IMG/VR virus record: IMGVR_UViG_3300027852_001277
From: a virus
Strand: one strand, 5' to 3'
Length of the DNA: 64,000 nucleotides
The notes beneath the pieces are model-generated. The model had not been told where the DNA came from, searched no databases, and saw only the letters and a list, made by a program, of their open reading frames with translations. The translations under genes and the position numbers were made by a program. Shown here piece after piece: positions 18,700 to 29,220 of the stretch; positions within the stretch are counted from its first letter, which is position 1; every line of letters begins with the position of its first letter.

Positions 18700-19074
18700 T
18701 TAGTTACATCGTGAATCTATATATCGTGAACCTGTATATGGGAATTTTTTTTCGTGACAGTCATAAGATTTTATATCTTGGTTTCCCAAATGTTCTTCAT
18801 TAAAACTCTCAATATCATGGAATTGAATTATATCATCTCCGCACCATTCAATAATCATTTTAGCTAAATCATCAAAATACCCGAGAGTAATTTTATGATC
18901 AAATCTAGATGCTATTCCCTCTAATAACTTACAATACAAATCGTAATTACTATTAAAGAGATCCGTAATCCTAAAATCTGTACTTTTACTATCAAAGATG
19001 CTGCACCACATGCCCTTTCCTAAATCAAACCTTTCCTTTCTTTCCGGTTTAAATAAATCATATTTCATTCCCAT
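18700..19074 (-). CDS. hypothetical protein
   Basis: AAGGAG RBS. Confidence 0.6.
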   Translation of the reverse strand: MGMKYDLFKPERKERFDLGKGMWCSIFDSKSTDFRITDLFNSNYDLYCKLLEGIASRFDHKITLGYFDDLAKMIIEWCGDDIIQFHDIESFNEEHLGNQDIKSYDCHEKKFPYTGSRYIDSRCN

Positions 19075-19139
19075 ATCAAATCATCTCCTTTCATCTAGTA
19101 AAGCACCTTAAAACGTTGTTGTTTTCGAGGCAGTGAAAT

Positions 19140-19256
19140 TGCCTAAAATGCGGTTTTAGGCAGTTTTAGGCAGGGCTGGAAAAGTTTGCCCTAAAATCTG
19201 CCTTAAACCTACCAATAGTTGCCTTATTCCTGCCTCCCAGTTGTTTAAAAACGGGA
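19140..19256. repeat. non-coding element A, copy 2
   Basis: See 8171..8286; includes perfect inverted repeat TGCCTAAAA-5-TTTTAGGCA. Confidence 0.8.
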
Positions 19257-19345
19257 GTTCTAAAAGAAAATTCGTTTAAAAACTGACTCGGAGTGCAACG
19301 AAATAGTAAACGAATCACTATTCTTCACACATTCCTCACTATTAT

Positions 19346-19452
19346 TAGTAAACGAAATTAGTATACGCAAATATTCTGCTTACTATAAAAAGAAAATGAA
19401 ATTAGCTAACAGCTTTTTGCCGCACCGAACTTTGGTTTACCCCCGTCTGTTG
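19346..19452 (-). promoter_or_regulatory. repeated promoter-like element B, copy 1
   Basis: ~107-bp near-identical repeat; TATACT on -; internal GCAGA-N3-TCTGC palindrome (one mismatch here). Confidence 0.65.
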
Positions 19453-19659
19453 TTTGTTTTTATTTTTGTTTTTGTGTCAACAACCAAAAACCGTTTTTAC
19501 CCCCCGTCTGTTGGTTGTTTTTCGTTTGTTTTTGTGTTAACCACCCGATTTACAACATAAACCCATTTTCCTTTCATTTTTGATCTATCCTTATGTTAAT
19601 CTTTGTTTTCCTAGGAAGAGCGAAGAGCATTTAAAGAAATTCAAAAACTACTTTAATTC

Positions 19660-19947
19660 TTAAATAGTCGCAACTCTATATAGTTCGAATAATCCTAATA
19701 TACAACCATCAGTTTTTGCATAGGAATATGCTTCCATTTCTGTTCTGAAAAATTTGGTGTCATTATTCTTATAGTCTTCTCCGTTAAGGCCAAGCAAACA
19801 CAGAATATATGCCATTAGAAGTGATCCGATACCAGAAGCTGAAGGGTCTTCTAAGTCCTTCAAAAGAGTCATAGCACTCTTCTCTTGTAATGGTGTATTA
19901 TACCAGTATTCTACATATTCTTTTAGTTCCCCAACACTTACCTTCAT
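19660..19947 (-). CDS. hypothetical protein
   Basis: GGAGG RBS. Confidence 0.55.
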   Translation of the reverse strand: MKVSVGELKEYVEYWYNTPLQEKSAMTLLKDLEDPSASGIGSLLMAYILCLLGLNGEDYKNNDTKFFRTEMEAYSYAKTDGCILGLFELYRVATI

Positions 19948-20142
19948 AATATGACCCTCCTTAATGATTTTATCCTCAAAGTCTCTCGTTTCGTCTACCC
20001 TTATTTTCTTAATTCCCGCTTGTTGTTTGTTTTTTCACCACCAAACTCAAACCAATCCGTACACCGCTTGTTTTTGTAGTAACAACCCAATTTTATTAAC
20101 AACCTATTTTTACCACCGCCTGTTGATTGTTTCTGTTTTATA

Positions 20143-21087
20143 TCAACAACACGTTTTCAACAATCCGTTTTGTCCTCCTATCATCAACATAGATACTGCT
20201 CTTATTTCTTCTATAGTAAACAACATTACATTATTGTCACACCGAAAACCTCTTCCTACTTTTTTAGGTGCACCTTTTAAAGAAATAAGTTTGTTAAACC
20301 TACAACAAAAATCTTCTCCTACTTTGATAGGAGCGCCTTTGAGGGAAGTTAGTTCGTTATTGTTACAATTAAAATCACCTCCTACTTCTTTAGGTGACCC
20401 TTCGAGAGATACAAGCTTGTTAAAGCTACAATCAAAGCTTTCTCCCACTTCTTTAGGAGCGCCTTCGAGGGAACGGATATTGTTGTCATTACACAAAAAA
20501 GTTCCTCCTACTTTTGTAGGGGCGCCTTCAATGGAGTGAAGTTCGTTAAACATACAATTAAAATCTCCTCCTACTTTTGTAGGGGCATTATCGAGAGATG
20601 TGAGCTTGTTTCCACTACAATCAAAATCACCTCTTGTTTCTTTGGGTGCACCTTTAAGGGAACGGATATTGTTGTCGTTGCACCAGAAATTTCCTTTTGT
20701 TTCTTTAGGAGCGCCTTCGAGAGAAACAAGCTTGTTTCTGCTGCACCAAAAATCACCTTTTGTTTCTTTAGGTGCCCCTTTGAGAGAGACGAGCTTGTTG
20801 TCATTACACAAAAAAGTTCCTCCTACTTTTGTAGGGGCGCCTTCGAGGGAGGTGAGGTTATTTCTATTACAATAAAAACCTCCACCTACTTCTTTAGGAG
20901 CACCTTTTAAAGAGGTGAGGTTATTTTTGACACACCAAAAAGTTCCAGTAACTATACCAAACTTGAAGGGGAAAGACTCCACGTTTCTAAGTAGAATGAC
21001 GTCACCATTGACGTCATAAATGTTATTTTTTACTGAATAAATTCCTATTATCTTAAAGTACGATTTAAAATCTTCAGCTATTGTCAT
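20143..21087 (-). CDS. LRR-solenoid protein #3 (11 units; C-cap diverges after RAVS)
   Basis: N-cap and repeats; tail runs into a low-complexity tract. Confidence 0.9.
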   Translation of the reverse strand: MTIAEDFKSYFKIIGIYSVKNNIYDVNGDVILLRNVESFPFKFGIVTGTFWCVKNNLTSLKGAPKEVGGGFYCNRNNLTSLEGAPTKVGGTFLCNDNKLVSLKGAPKETKGDFWCSRNKLVSLEGAPKETKGNFWCNDNNIRSLKGAPKETRGDFDCSGNKLTSLDNAPTKVGGDFNCMFNELHSIEGAPTKVGGTFLCNDNNIRSLEGAPKEVGESFDCSFNKLVSLEGSPKEVGGDFNCNNNELTSLKGAPIKVGEDFCCRFNKLISLKGAPKKVGRGFRCDNNVMLFTIEEIRAVSMLMIGGQNGLLKTCC

Positions 21088-21613
21088 TGTATTATTCCCT
21101 TCTTTTTACCCAACAACCAAACTCTGCCAACCAATTCAGTTTTTACCCCACTGTAAGTTCGTACCTTTCACTAGGTATTGACTTTCTTCTCTTTCTTTCC
21201 CCAAGTAAGTAAAGTTCTTAGATTCTTCTACACAAGAAGGGTTATCGTTGCAATACTTACCGCAAAATTATGTTTTCTGACACGAATTGAAATCTTTGCA
21301 TCTGGTCTTACTTTCTTACAGATCGCACATTCCCACTCTAACAATAGCTCTTTACTGGTCAATTTTTTCATCGATGTTCTCCCATTCGCAATTGTTTCCC
21401 TTTGTATCAACCTACATTAGGAACTCGTGGTCAGCTTTTATTTTTTCTTATCAACATTAGTTATCATCCCTTCTAACATTTTTGTAATCACTGCCTCTTT
21501 ACAAAATGCAGCGAACTCCTCATCTGTCATATCTCTACCCAGGCACTTCTTAACTGCTGTACTCTCCATTGTTAACACACACTTCAATTTCACTGGGCTC
21601 CCTCCTTTCGTTA

Positions 21614-21949
21614 CTATTTTTCTACTCGGTATCGCTCCCGCAGTTCGTACTGCAAATCGAACGCCGCTACCTTAATCTTCCTAATCATCTCATCCCGCAA
21701 TGCTACCTCCTCACGCAAACACCTCACTTGGTAATTAGCAGCACTCAAATCACTACTACGTTCTTGCAGCCTCTTGTTCTCCGTGACAAGACGATCTTTG
21801 TGATCCTGAACCTTCTTGAGAGACTTAGTACACTGCGCCAAGATCTTATTAGACTCCTCAGCATTGGTTTCGAGCACTATGATATTACTCATCAGATCCT
21901 CTTTAGTCCACTTGTCTAGGATCGGCATTCTTTTCAGTCTATCTACCAT
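21614..21949 (-). CDS. coiled-coil hypothetical protein
   Basis: Heptad-like charged sequence; GGAGG RBS. Confidence 0.55.
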   Translation of the reverse strand: MVDRLKRMPILDKWTKEDLMSNIIVLETNAEESNKILAQCTKSLKKVQDHKDRLVTENKRLQERSSDLSAANYQVRCLREEVALRDEMIRKIKVAAFDLQYELRERYRVEK

Positions 21950-22041
21950 CTTTCACCTCCTATTCGTGGTATCACCACTCCTATAAATAATATTAATATG
22001 AATATAATTAATTTTAGTATTTCCATTGTGTTCTCCATCCT

Positions 22042-22147
22042 TAGTAAACGAAATTAGTATACGCAGATATTCTGCTTACTATAAAAGAGAAACGAAATAG
22101 TTTAATGCTTTTTCCTGCACCGAACCTTGGTTTACCCCCGTTTGTTG
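22042..22147 (-). promoter_or_regulatory. repeated promoter-like element B, copy 2
   Basis: Directly upstream of RBS and ATG at 22026. Confidence 0.7.
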
Positions 22148-22389
22148 TTTGTTCTTGTTTAAAAGTTCTTAAAGTTCTAGGTATGTGATGAAAGCTTCTT
22201 GTATTCAATATCTTCTACTTTGATACAGCAAATATCATAAAAGGAAACTCCTCTAGGATCTGACATTGGTAACTCATCAATCCTAATATCGAAATCATCT
22301 GATAATGTTTTAGCTTTTATATTTTCCACAATACGTCTCCTTTGTTTTTGTTTTTACTCAACAACCGAACTTCAACAACCTTTCCCCAT

Positions 22390-22800
22390 CTACTTTTCCA
22401 GATTTTCTTCGTATAATTTTGCAAGTTTTTCCCTCTCCGATTTTTTTATCGAAACATCCATTGTAGCTGATTTTTTCTCGAATTCTAATTGGTCAATAGT
22501 CATGGCTATATCAATATAATAGGTGAAGGAGTCGGGATCTTCTAATATAGATTGGACACATTTTTTATGATAATAATAATGATGACTATTGCTATATCCC
22601 GGTTGACATATATAATTTATTTTCCCTTTAGATTTTCCGCAAAATAAACAAAATGGCCAAAAAACCATCATAGAAAATTGGTGTAAAAACTTGTGCACCA
22701 ATCTTTCTACTGCTGCAAAAAATAGAAAACAACATGATACTCCTATAAATAATATTAATATGAATATAATCAATTTTATTATTTCCATTGGTATTTCCAT
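22390..22800 (-). CDS. membrane-anchored hypothetical protein
   Basis: N-terminal hydrophobic helices; 5' end duplicated near 21990-22030. Confidence 0.6.
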   Translation of the reverse strand: MEIPMEIIKLIIFILILFIGVSCCFLFFAAVERLVHKFLHQFSMMVFWPFCLFCGKSKGKINYICQPGYSNSHHYYYHKKCVQSILEDPDSFTYYIDIAMTIDQLEFEKKSATMDVSIKKSEREKLAKLYEENLEK

Positions 22801-22906
22801 TGTGTTCCCCTCTCGAAGTCTTTTTCACGAATCATTCAATGCCTCCTTATCATTTCTGCGTATCATACTTAGCTAATCATTAATCTATTAGTTTAGAGTT
22901 CCGCTT

Positions 22907-23140
22907 TTATTTTCGTTCATCTCCCTTCTTGTCTTTCATCACCATAGATTTATTCCATTTGTCTATGACTCTTTTACATAACTGTACTTTTGTAGTACCA
23001 AACCCAACCGAAGAACTGTATTCTTCTATCTTCAATCCACAATCACAAACAATAAATGCTACAAAAGTATAGTCATACACATTCTTGCACGAAACGTCTA
23101 CACTTCTACCGCAAATACATTTATGTATATCGAATTCCAT
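22907..23140 (-). CDS. Lar-like Zn-ribbon small protein
   Basis: CICG...CDCG...KWNK; partial copy at 27065-27181. Confidence 0.5.
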   Translation of the reverse strand: MEFDIHKCICGRSVDVSCKNVYDYTFVAFIVCDCGLKIEEYSSSVGFGTTKVQLCKRVIDKWNKSMVMKDKKGDERK

Positions 23141-23157
23141 TGTGTTCCCCTAATTCT

Positions 23158-23264
23158 TAGTAAACCAAATTAGTATACGCAGATATTCTGCTTACTATAA
23201 AAAGAAAACGAAATTAGCTTGATGCTTTTTCCTGCACCGAACCTTGGTTTACCCCCGTTTGTTG
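23158..23264 (-). promoter_or_regulatory. repeated promoter-like element B, copy 3
   Basis: Ends 18 nt upstream of ATG 23140. Confidence 0.7.
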
Positions 23265-23525
23265 GTTGTTGGAAACGTTGTTATCCGGCACGCAAAATCT
23301 TGTAACTATCACACAATAAATCTATTGATAATAAATGATCGCTTCTATTCTTATTTTTGCAAAACTCGGGAAATGCTTTATGGTTATTTGTCTTAGGACA
23401 ATTAACGCATGTTCCCCATACACCATTTCTTCGGAACTGCTCAAACCGGTCTAAAGAATATTCGGAAATATCTGAATGATCTATCATTTTAGCCTCCAAT
23501 CTTCATAGATAATGGGTGTGTATAT

Positions 23526-23975
23526 TTATTTTCCATCGGCTAAAATACCGATGCTTTCTGTAAACCACGTAAACACAACTAAGAGTAACATTGTTTGTCT
23601 CATTGAGTCTATGTTATGTGGAGCAAGACACTTCCCTCCACCAATAGGTGCTCCTATCCCACCCGTAATGTCCAAACCGCAAGCGTTTCCAGGAACTGTG
23701 ATATGCTCCAGTCCCCATTCTCCCCAAGAAACTCTTAAATCCTGATTTGGTGTGTAGAGCCACTTCTCTTCGCCATCAATCTCATATTTTTCCTCAAACC
23801 CACAACCGTCTAACCACGATCTACCTAATTTACTGATAGTTTCACGAGCGTTATCCGCAGTCAATTCCGATTGTGATACCTGATTTTTAAACTCAGGGTA
23901 TAGTTTAATACTAAAACCCCATGCGCCTATAGATAAGTCTGATCGTGGACATAATCCAACAATGTCATAATTCAT
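23526..23975 (-). CDS. hypothetical phage protein
   Basis: 149-aa ORF with RBS. Confidence 0.65.
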   Translation of the reverse strand: MNYDIVGLCPRSDLSIGAWGFSIKLYPEFKNQVSQSELTADNARETISKLGRSWLDGCGFEEKYEIDGEEKWLYTPNQDLRVSWGEWGLEHITVPGNACGLDITGGIGAPIGGGKCLAPHNIDSMRQTMLLLVVFTWFTESIGILADGK

Positions 23976-24104
23976 CTTCTCTTTCCTTTCTTAATCTATA
24001 TACTGGTTTGCCATAAAACATCACTTTCAGTTTAAAATAGAATCCACCAAACGCTTTGTTCCCTCTTAATTCAACAGTTGCTGAACCAATGTAGAAATTG
24101 ACTG

Positions 24105-24347
24105 TCATTGAGCCTTCTTGAATGGTTTGTGTGCTGACATCTTTAGTGGTTGGAGTGGTTTGTTGAATGTTAATGTTGTGAGCCATATTTTTCCTGTGAA
24201 TAGAATCTTTAAACGATCTAGGAAAGAGGGACCCCAACAAGTGATCGCGCTATCTCCATTTTCCGGAACCAAAGCATGAAGTTGTCGATATTGTGGTTGG
24301 TTCTTAGCGAAGGTGATGTTGCACTCTGGGAATTGAATGATTCTCAT
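24105..24347 (-). CDS. small conserved-looking phage protein
   Basis: FPECN...KNQPQY...CW...FTGKIWL...FNKPLQP. Confidence 0.65.
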   Translation of the reverse strand: MRIIQFPECNITFAKNQPQYRQLHALVPENGDSAITCWGPSFLDRLKILFTGKIWLTTLTFNKPLQPLKMSAHKPFKKAQ

Positions 24348-24577
24348 TGGCTTCCTTTCGATTTTGTTATTGTATTTAATTGTTCTATCGATTTGCGTAG
24401 TTGGTAGCCATACATATACGCAGTGAAAAGGATGTTTATGTGTCCATTGTGATAAAAGACATCAACCGGGACTTTATCATCTTTTGACACTCGTTGAACT
24501 TCGTGACCGTATATTATTTGTTTGAAGTCTTTCTCAAATTGTGTCATCAAATCTTCAAATTCTTTCGTACCTTTCAT
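24344..24577 (-). CDS. hypothetical protein
   Basis: Overlaps next start (ATGA coupling). Confidence 0.55.
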   Translation of the reverse strand: MKGTKEFEDLMTQFEKDFKQIIYGHEVQRVSKDDKVPVDVFYHNGHINILFTAYMYGYQLRKSIEQLNTITKSKGSQ

Positions 24578-24643
24578 TATTTTAACCTCTTTGGTTTATT
24601 TTACTTTCCTGTCGATCCTCATGGAGTTCCTTCTTGCGGTGTG

Positions 24644-24958
24644 TCATTCCTCCAGTGAGTTTGCCTCAAACACTGAAAGTGGAGCAAAACCAAACCCATC
24701 TTTGATCAATTGTACAACCACCATGATTGAATCGGGAGCTTTAATTTGTAATGTTATTACACCTCTCCCAAAATCATCTTGTGTCAGACCAATGTCACAC
24801 TGAGATGGAACCATCTCGGTGAATGTTTTAAACACCTTTCCATCCTTTATGCTTACACACTCGACAGTGCAATCCTCTTTTGAATGATTGTATAAACCAA
24901 CCATACAACTACAAGTCCCTTTTATGTTAGTTATAAACGGTATCACTTTAATTTTCAT
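24644..24958 (-). CDS. hypothetical protein
   Basis: GGGGGG RBS. Confidence 0.55.
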   Translation of the reverse strand: MKIKVIPFITNIKGTCSCMVGLYNHSKEDCTVECVSIKDGKVFKTFTEMVPSQCDIGLTQDDFGRGVITLQIKAPDSIMVVVQLIKDGFGFAPLSVFEANSLEE

Positions 24959-25376
24959 TTCCCCCCCCGATGAAAGTTCGTTTACTTATAATACACAGAA
25001 CCTCTCTGGTTCTTCCTTCACTTTAATGTCATTCAAGCCTATCTTTTGATCCTTTCTGATTTGCTTTGGTATGGTTTTCAATACAACCATCTTTGCACCT
25101 CGTATCGTTGTGGCCATTCCCAGCGAATTTATGACGCTGTCAAACCAAACTGGTTTGGTTCTTTGCTTCTCTCTTTGTTTAACTTTAATTATCATTTCCT
25201 CTCCTGAGCTGTGACCTGATCCTTTAAATTAGATGATTCTTCCCCAATGAGGTTTATAAGTTTCTGATTCGTTTCTACATTTCATTCCTCCTTTGGTGAC
25301 ATTTGTATGTTTCCCCATGATGAACCATCCATACTCATCATTACGACCAATGCCAATGACATCGCCGCTGTGGTAA

Positions 25377-25577
25377 TCAGCCCTCCATTATATATTCCAT
25401 CCACTCCTTAATTTTTTTGTGGTCATCATCTGTCCATTCTTGAGTATCGGGGAATGTGCAGTACTTTGTTACATCCGGGTGCATATTCGCAATCTGTTCT
25501 CTTTCGCCTTTCGACAAAATAACCATTACTGGTTCTTTTTCTCCATCATATATTTTGTCACCAACTTTTACTTTCAT
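25377..25577 (-). CDS. hypothetical protein
   Basis: ORF track. Confidence 0.55.
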   Translation of the reverse strand: MKVKVGDKIYDGEKEPVMVILSKGEREQIANMHPDVTKYCTFPDTQEWTDDDHKKIKEWMEYIMEG

Positions 25578-25617
25578 AAAAACCTTACCTTTCTCCCTCG
25601 TTCAGGCATAATTCCTC

Positions 25618-26070
25618 CTAAGAACTTATCAACGCTTCTGCATTGTTGTTTAAGAACTTTCTCCTATGTCTTTCACTCAGTTCTATTCCACCTAAATCAA
25701 GGATGCAAATTTTGCCTTTCACCACTTCTCGCAGAGTATGAGGCCTGGATAGTATACTAACTCCTGCGAATGAATCTTTCAATACCTCTCGTCCTAATCC
25801 TAATGTTGATCCAACGAGCACAAACTGTTCAGGAAATGTAGCTTGGATTACCTTCCACAAAGTTGTATGCCCCGCTCTTTCTCCAACATACATCTTCATG
25901 ACTCTGCAACAATGGTTGTTATTCTCGAAGTTAATCCACCAATACAGGAATGCTCGTAATAGTACCAGCTGAACAGGCATCATCAACCAACCAGTATGGT
26001 ATTTAGCCCAAGCTTTCTTAATTTCGTGTTCCCTTTTTGTCTGTTGCACCTCCATCTCTAATCTATTCAT
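25618..26070 (-). CDS. hypothetical protein
   Basis: GGAGG RBS. Confidence 0.55.
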   Translation of the reverse strand: MNRLEMEVQQTKREHEIKKAWAKYHTGWLMMPVQLVLLRAFLYWWINFENNNHCCRVMKMYVGERAGHTTLWKVIQATFPEQFVLVGSTLGLGREVLKDSFAGVSILSRPHTLREVVKGKICILDLGGIELSERHRRKFLNNNAEALISS

Positions 26071-26396
26071 TTTTTAATCCTCCATATATATAAATGTTAT
26101 CTGAAATCGATCACTTGCTATTACTATCTATACTATACTATTAACTATTACTAACTATTGTTATGTCGAGTAATAACTAGTAACAGTAACGACAGCATGT
26201 CCCAAAAATTCGCCTGCCAAAACGCCCATTTCCGATACCAAGAATTGTCCCTCTTCCTAGTAAGCTTACCAGCTTCTATTGAGTGTTGGGTCTGATCGGA
26301 ACATAAATAAGTCCTTGACTTCCGCCGATTTTACCTTATCAGTGATATTCACTTTAACGATTTTCATTGCATTTTCCTCTTAAGTTATTTTGGCTG

Positions 26397-26714
26397 TCAA
26401 ACCAAACTGGCTTGGCTCTTTACTTCTTTCTTTTCTAGTAGTGCTCCACAAATTGAGCACCTGTCCTCAAAACTTCCTTCTTCAACTTCATCTGTAAAAT
26501 ACATCACCTTACGATGGATTACTCTGAGTCCGCTTCCTATTCTGTCGCAGTCTATTCGCATTCTTTTTACTTTCCTCAAAGCCATTTTTTCGTTCTCATA
26601 GACGGAGTTTGTTCCACTTATTAAGATAAGTCTTTCTAACAGTCTTTTAAAAAAACTAACCTTCACCTGTTTTGGTTTTATGAAATTGACAACATAAACC
26701 CATTTTCCTTTCAT
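26397..26714 (-). CDS. hypothetical protein
   Basis: 5' end duplicated at 19552-19650. Confidence 0.55.
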   Translation of the reverse strand: MKGKWVYVVNFIKPKQVKVSFFKRLLERLILISGTNSVYENEKMALRKVKRMRIDCDRIGSGLRVIHRKVMYFTDEVEEGSFEDRCSICGALLEKKEVKSQASLV

Positions 26715-26727
26715 TTTTTATCTCTCC

Positions 26728-26988
26728 TTAATCTTTGTTTTCTCTGGAAAGGCATTTAAAGAAATTCAAACTACATTCCTCAAATATTATCCGTTCGTTT
26801 ACACATATGTGTTTGTCATTATGTTTGCATTGTACTACGTTACACAACACTTTTGGGGTACTATTTTGAAAGGAAATACCAAATGCTTTTTGTAACACTT
26901 CTCCCATATCTACCCCTTTGTCTTTCTCACAATTAATCAGTTTGCTTATCGCGTTGGCTAGATTCGGCCCAATATCCATTTTTTCCAT
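26728..26988 (-). CDS. hypothetical protein
   Basis: ORF with RBS. Confidence 0.5.
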   Translation of the reverse strand: MEKMDIGPNLANAISKLINCEKDKGVDMGEVLQKAFGISFQNSTPKVLCNVVQCKHNDKHICVNERIIFEECSLNFFKCLSRENKD

Positions 26989-27235
26989 CGTTGTACTCCT
27001 TCTTTTCTATTATTCAATATAAGTTTAGCTAAGCTTCGGTTTTTTCATCTTGTCGTTCCTCCCAATAGATTTATTCCATTTGTTTACGGCTCTTTTACAT
27101 AACTGCACTTTTGAAAGACCAAACCCAACCGATGAACTGTATTCTTCCATCTTCAAACCACAATCACAAACAATAAATGTTACCAAATTTTAGCTAAATT
27201 CATTATGTTAATTAAGGTGTATTTGTATCCACTTC

Positions 27236-27601
27236 CTATGATTTCACTTCTACCATATCCATCTCTCGAGCTAAAGCACGGCATGCATCAGCTTCGTCAC
27301 CTACCACATCAAACTTAAATTGTAGACCTCCTTGATCTGGCTTCGGAATCACTACGATTCCGCTACTCATTTGACGTGCTCTTAGCTCGCCAACCAGAAT
27401 ATGTAATCTCTCCAGATCTTTCTTCTCTTCCTTAGAAAAAAGATCTTCTAGGAAGGTCTCGAACGCATTTACCTTAGCTGTTCTATCTAAATGTGATTCA
27501 CCCTTGTGTGTTTTACAACACGTATATAGATTCCACTGCTTTATACACTCTTTCCATTTGTCTATGACTATTTCAGGTTTTTTTAACATTGTTTTCCTCA
27601 C
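27236..27601 (-). CDS. hypothetical protein sharing a C-terminal 60 aa with 27842..28198
   Basis: KKDLERLHILVGELRARQMSSG...EMDMVEV near-identical at DNA level. Confidence 0.6.
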   Translation of the reverse strand: MRKTMLKKPEIVIDKWKECIKQWNLYTCCKTHKGESHLDRTAKVNAFETFLEDLFSKEEKKDLERLHILVGELRARQMSSGIVVIPKPDQGGLQFKFDVVGDEADACRALAREMDMVEVKS

Positions 27602-27841
27602 TTTATGGTCTCACTGAATCCGTAAAATCGTCCGTCTCCAGCATTACACGATCGAAAGATACAATACCTTCCCAGAATCTCTGCTCTAGCATAGTCAACT
27701 ATCGCCTTTACATCTAACACCCAAACACATTAAGGAATTCTCACTACAAGCTTTTTTTGAGAACCAATGTATCTTCTATAAAACATATATCTGGTTCAGA
27801 CTCTGGTAAAATCTCTATTCCTGTACGGTAAAGTTCTATTT

Positions 27842-28198
27842 TCATTTTTTGTTTCCTCCCACTTCTACCATATCCATCTCTTGAGCTAAAGCACGGCATG
27901 CATCAGCCTCCTCACCTGCCACATCGAACTTGAATTGTAGACCTCCTTGATCTGGCTTCGGAATCACTACGATTCCGCTACTCATTTGACGTGCTCTTAG
28001 CTCGCCAACCAGAATATGTAATCTCTCCAGATCTTTCTTATCAATGTATTCCAATGTCATTTTATTTTCCCTTCTTTTAGAGTATGGGATTTGTTTTGTT
28101 ACTATCTCCTTCACTGTTTTGTGTTTAAAATTTATAATTAAAGAGATTGGAACTCTCCAATTTCTTGTCTTTTGCAAACTTACAGTAATCATGTTCAA
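27842..28198 (-). CDS. hypothetical protein sharing a C-terminus with 27236..27601
   Basis: As above; different N-terminus. Confidence 0.55.
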   Translation of the reverse strand: MNMITVSLQKTRNWRVPISLIINFKHKTVKEIVTKQIPYSKRRENKMTLEYIDKKDLERLHILVGELRARQMSSGIVVIPKPDQGGLQFKFDVAGEEADACRALAQEMDMVEVGGNKK

Positions 28199-28647
28199 TT
28201 ATTCTCCTTTTTTCTAAGGGGAAGTATTAACATTTCTTTTGCAACTACAATTGGTATACCTTGTTGGTAACCAGTTTGTACTATATTCCTGAACTTTACT
28301 GCTCTTTTTATTACATTAATATAGAATAATTCTAGCCTCTTAGCATCCTTTTCATGCACGTATATATGAAATCCAATTGTGTACTTCTTCCTTTTATGTG
28401 GGTAATAAAAACATGTTGTATTTTTAGTCGGGAAAGGTCTCAAATCATTTTCATGAATCCACTTCCCTATTGGAATTGGTTTACTTGGTATTATTTGTCC
28501 AAATAATTTTTTGTTCCTAAAGTTACTACCATGCGGTAGTTTGGAATATTTAAAAAGTTTAAATCCTATAAATGAGCCATCATTGGACTTAGTGTACTGG
28601 AAGTTCATTATTCGCTCTGATTTCGTGGCTGGTCTATCTAAGCACAT
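28195..28647 (-). CDS. hypothetical protein, tandem paralogue
   Basis: MCLDRPAT...GYQQGIPIVVAKEMLILPL. Confidence 0.65.
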   Translation of the reverse strand: MCLDRPATKSERIMNFQYTKSNDGSFIGFKLFKYSKLPHGSNFRNKKLFGQIIPSKPIPIGKWIHENDLRPFPTKNTTCFYYPHKRKKYTIGFHIYVHEKDAKRLELFYINVIKRAVKFRNIVQTGYQQGIPIVVAKEMLILPLRKKENN

Positions 28648-29099
28648 GATTTTTTCTCCTTTTTTCTAAGGGGAAGTATTAACATTTCTTTTGCAACTAC
28701 AATTGGTATACCTTGTTGGTAACCAGTCTGTACTATGTTCCTGAACTTTACCGTTCTCCTTACATTTCCATAAAAGGATCCTAGCATATTAATATCCTTT
28801 TCACGCACGTATATATGAAATCCTATTGTATACTGCTGCCTTTCGTAGTGGTAATAAAAACGTGTTGAATTCTTATTAGGGAAAGATCTCCAACCATTTT
28901 CATGAATCCACTTTCCAACTGGGAATGGTCCATTCTCCATTTTTTCTCCCAATAGTCTTTTGGTTTTGAAGTTACGACCACATGAAGAGCGTTTAGAATA
29001 TTTGAAAAATTTAAATCCTATGAAAGATCCATCGTTGGACTTAGTATATTGGAAGTTCCTTCTTCGCTCTACTTTCGTAGCTGCTCTTTCTAAGCACAT
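28638..29099 (-). CDS. hypothetical protein, tandem paralogue
   Basis: MCLERAAT...; tail of a third copy at ~29100-29190. Confidence 0.65.
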   Translation of the reverse strand: MCLERAATKVERRRNFQYTKSNDGSFIGFKFFKYSKRSSCGRNFKTKRLLGEKMENGPFPVGKWIHENGWRSFPNKNSTRFYYHYERQQYTIGFHIYVREKDINMLGSFYGNVRRTVKFRNIVQTGYQQGIPIVVAKEMLILPLRKKEKKSCA

Positions 29100-29220
29100 A
29101 GTATTCTCCTTATCTAAGGGAAGTATTAATATCTCTTTCGCAACTACCACTGGTAACCCTAATTGGTAACCAGTTTGGATTATGTTTCTTTCAGCTCTTC
29201 ATTGCCAAAAAGAAAAAAGA

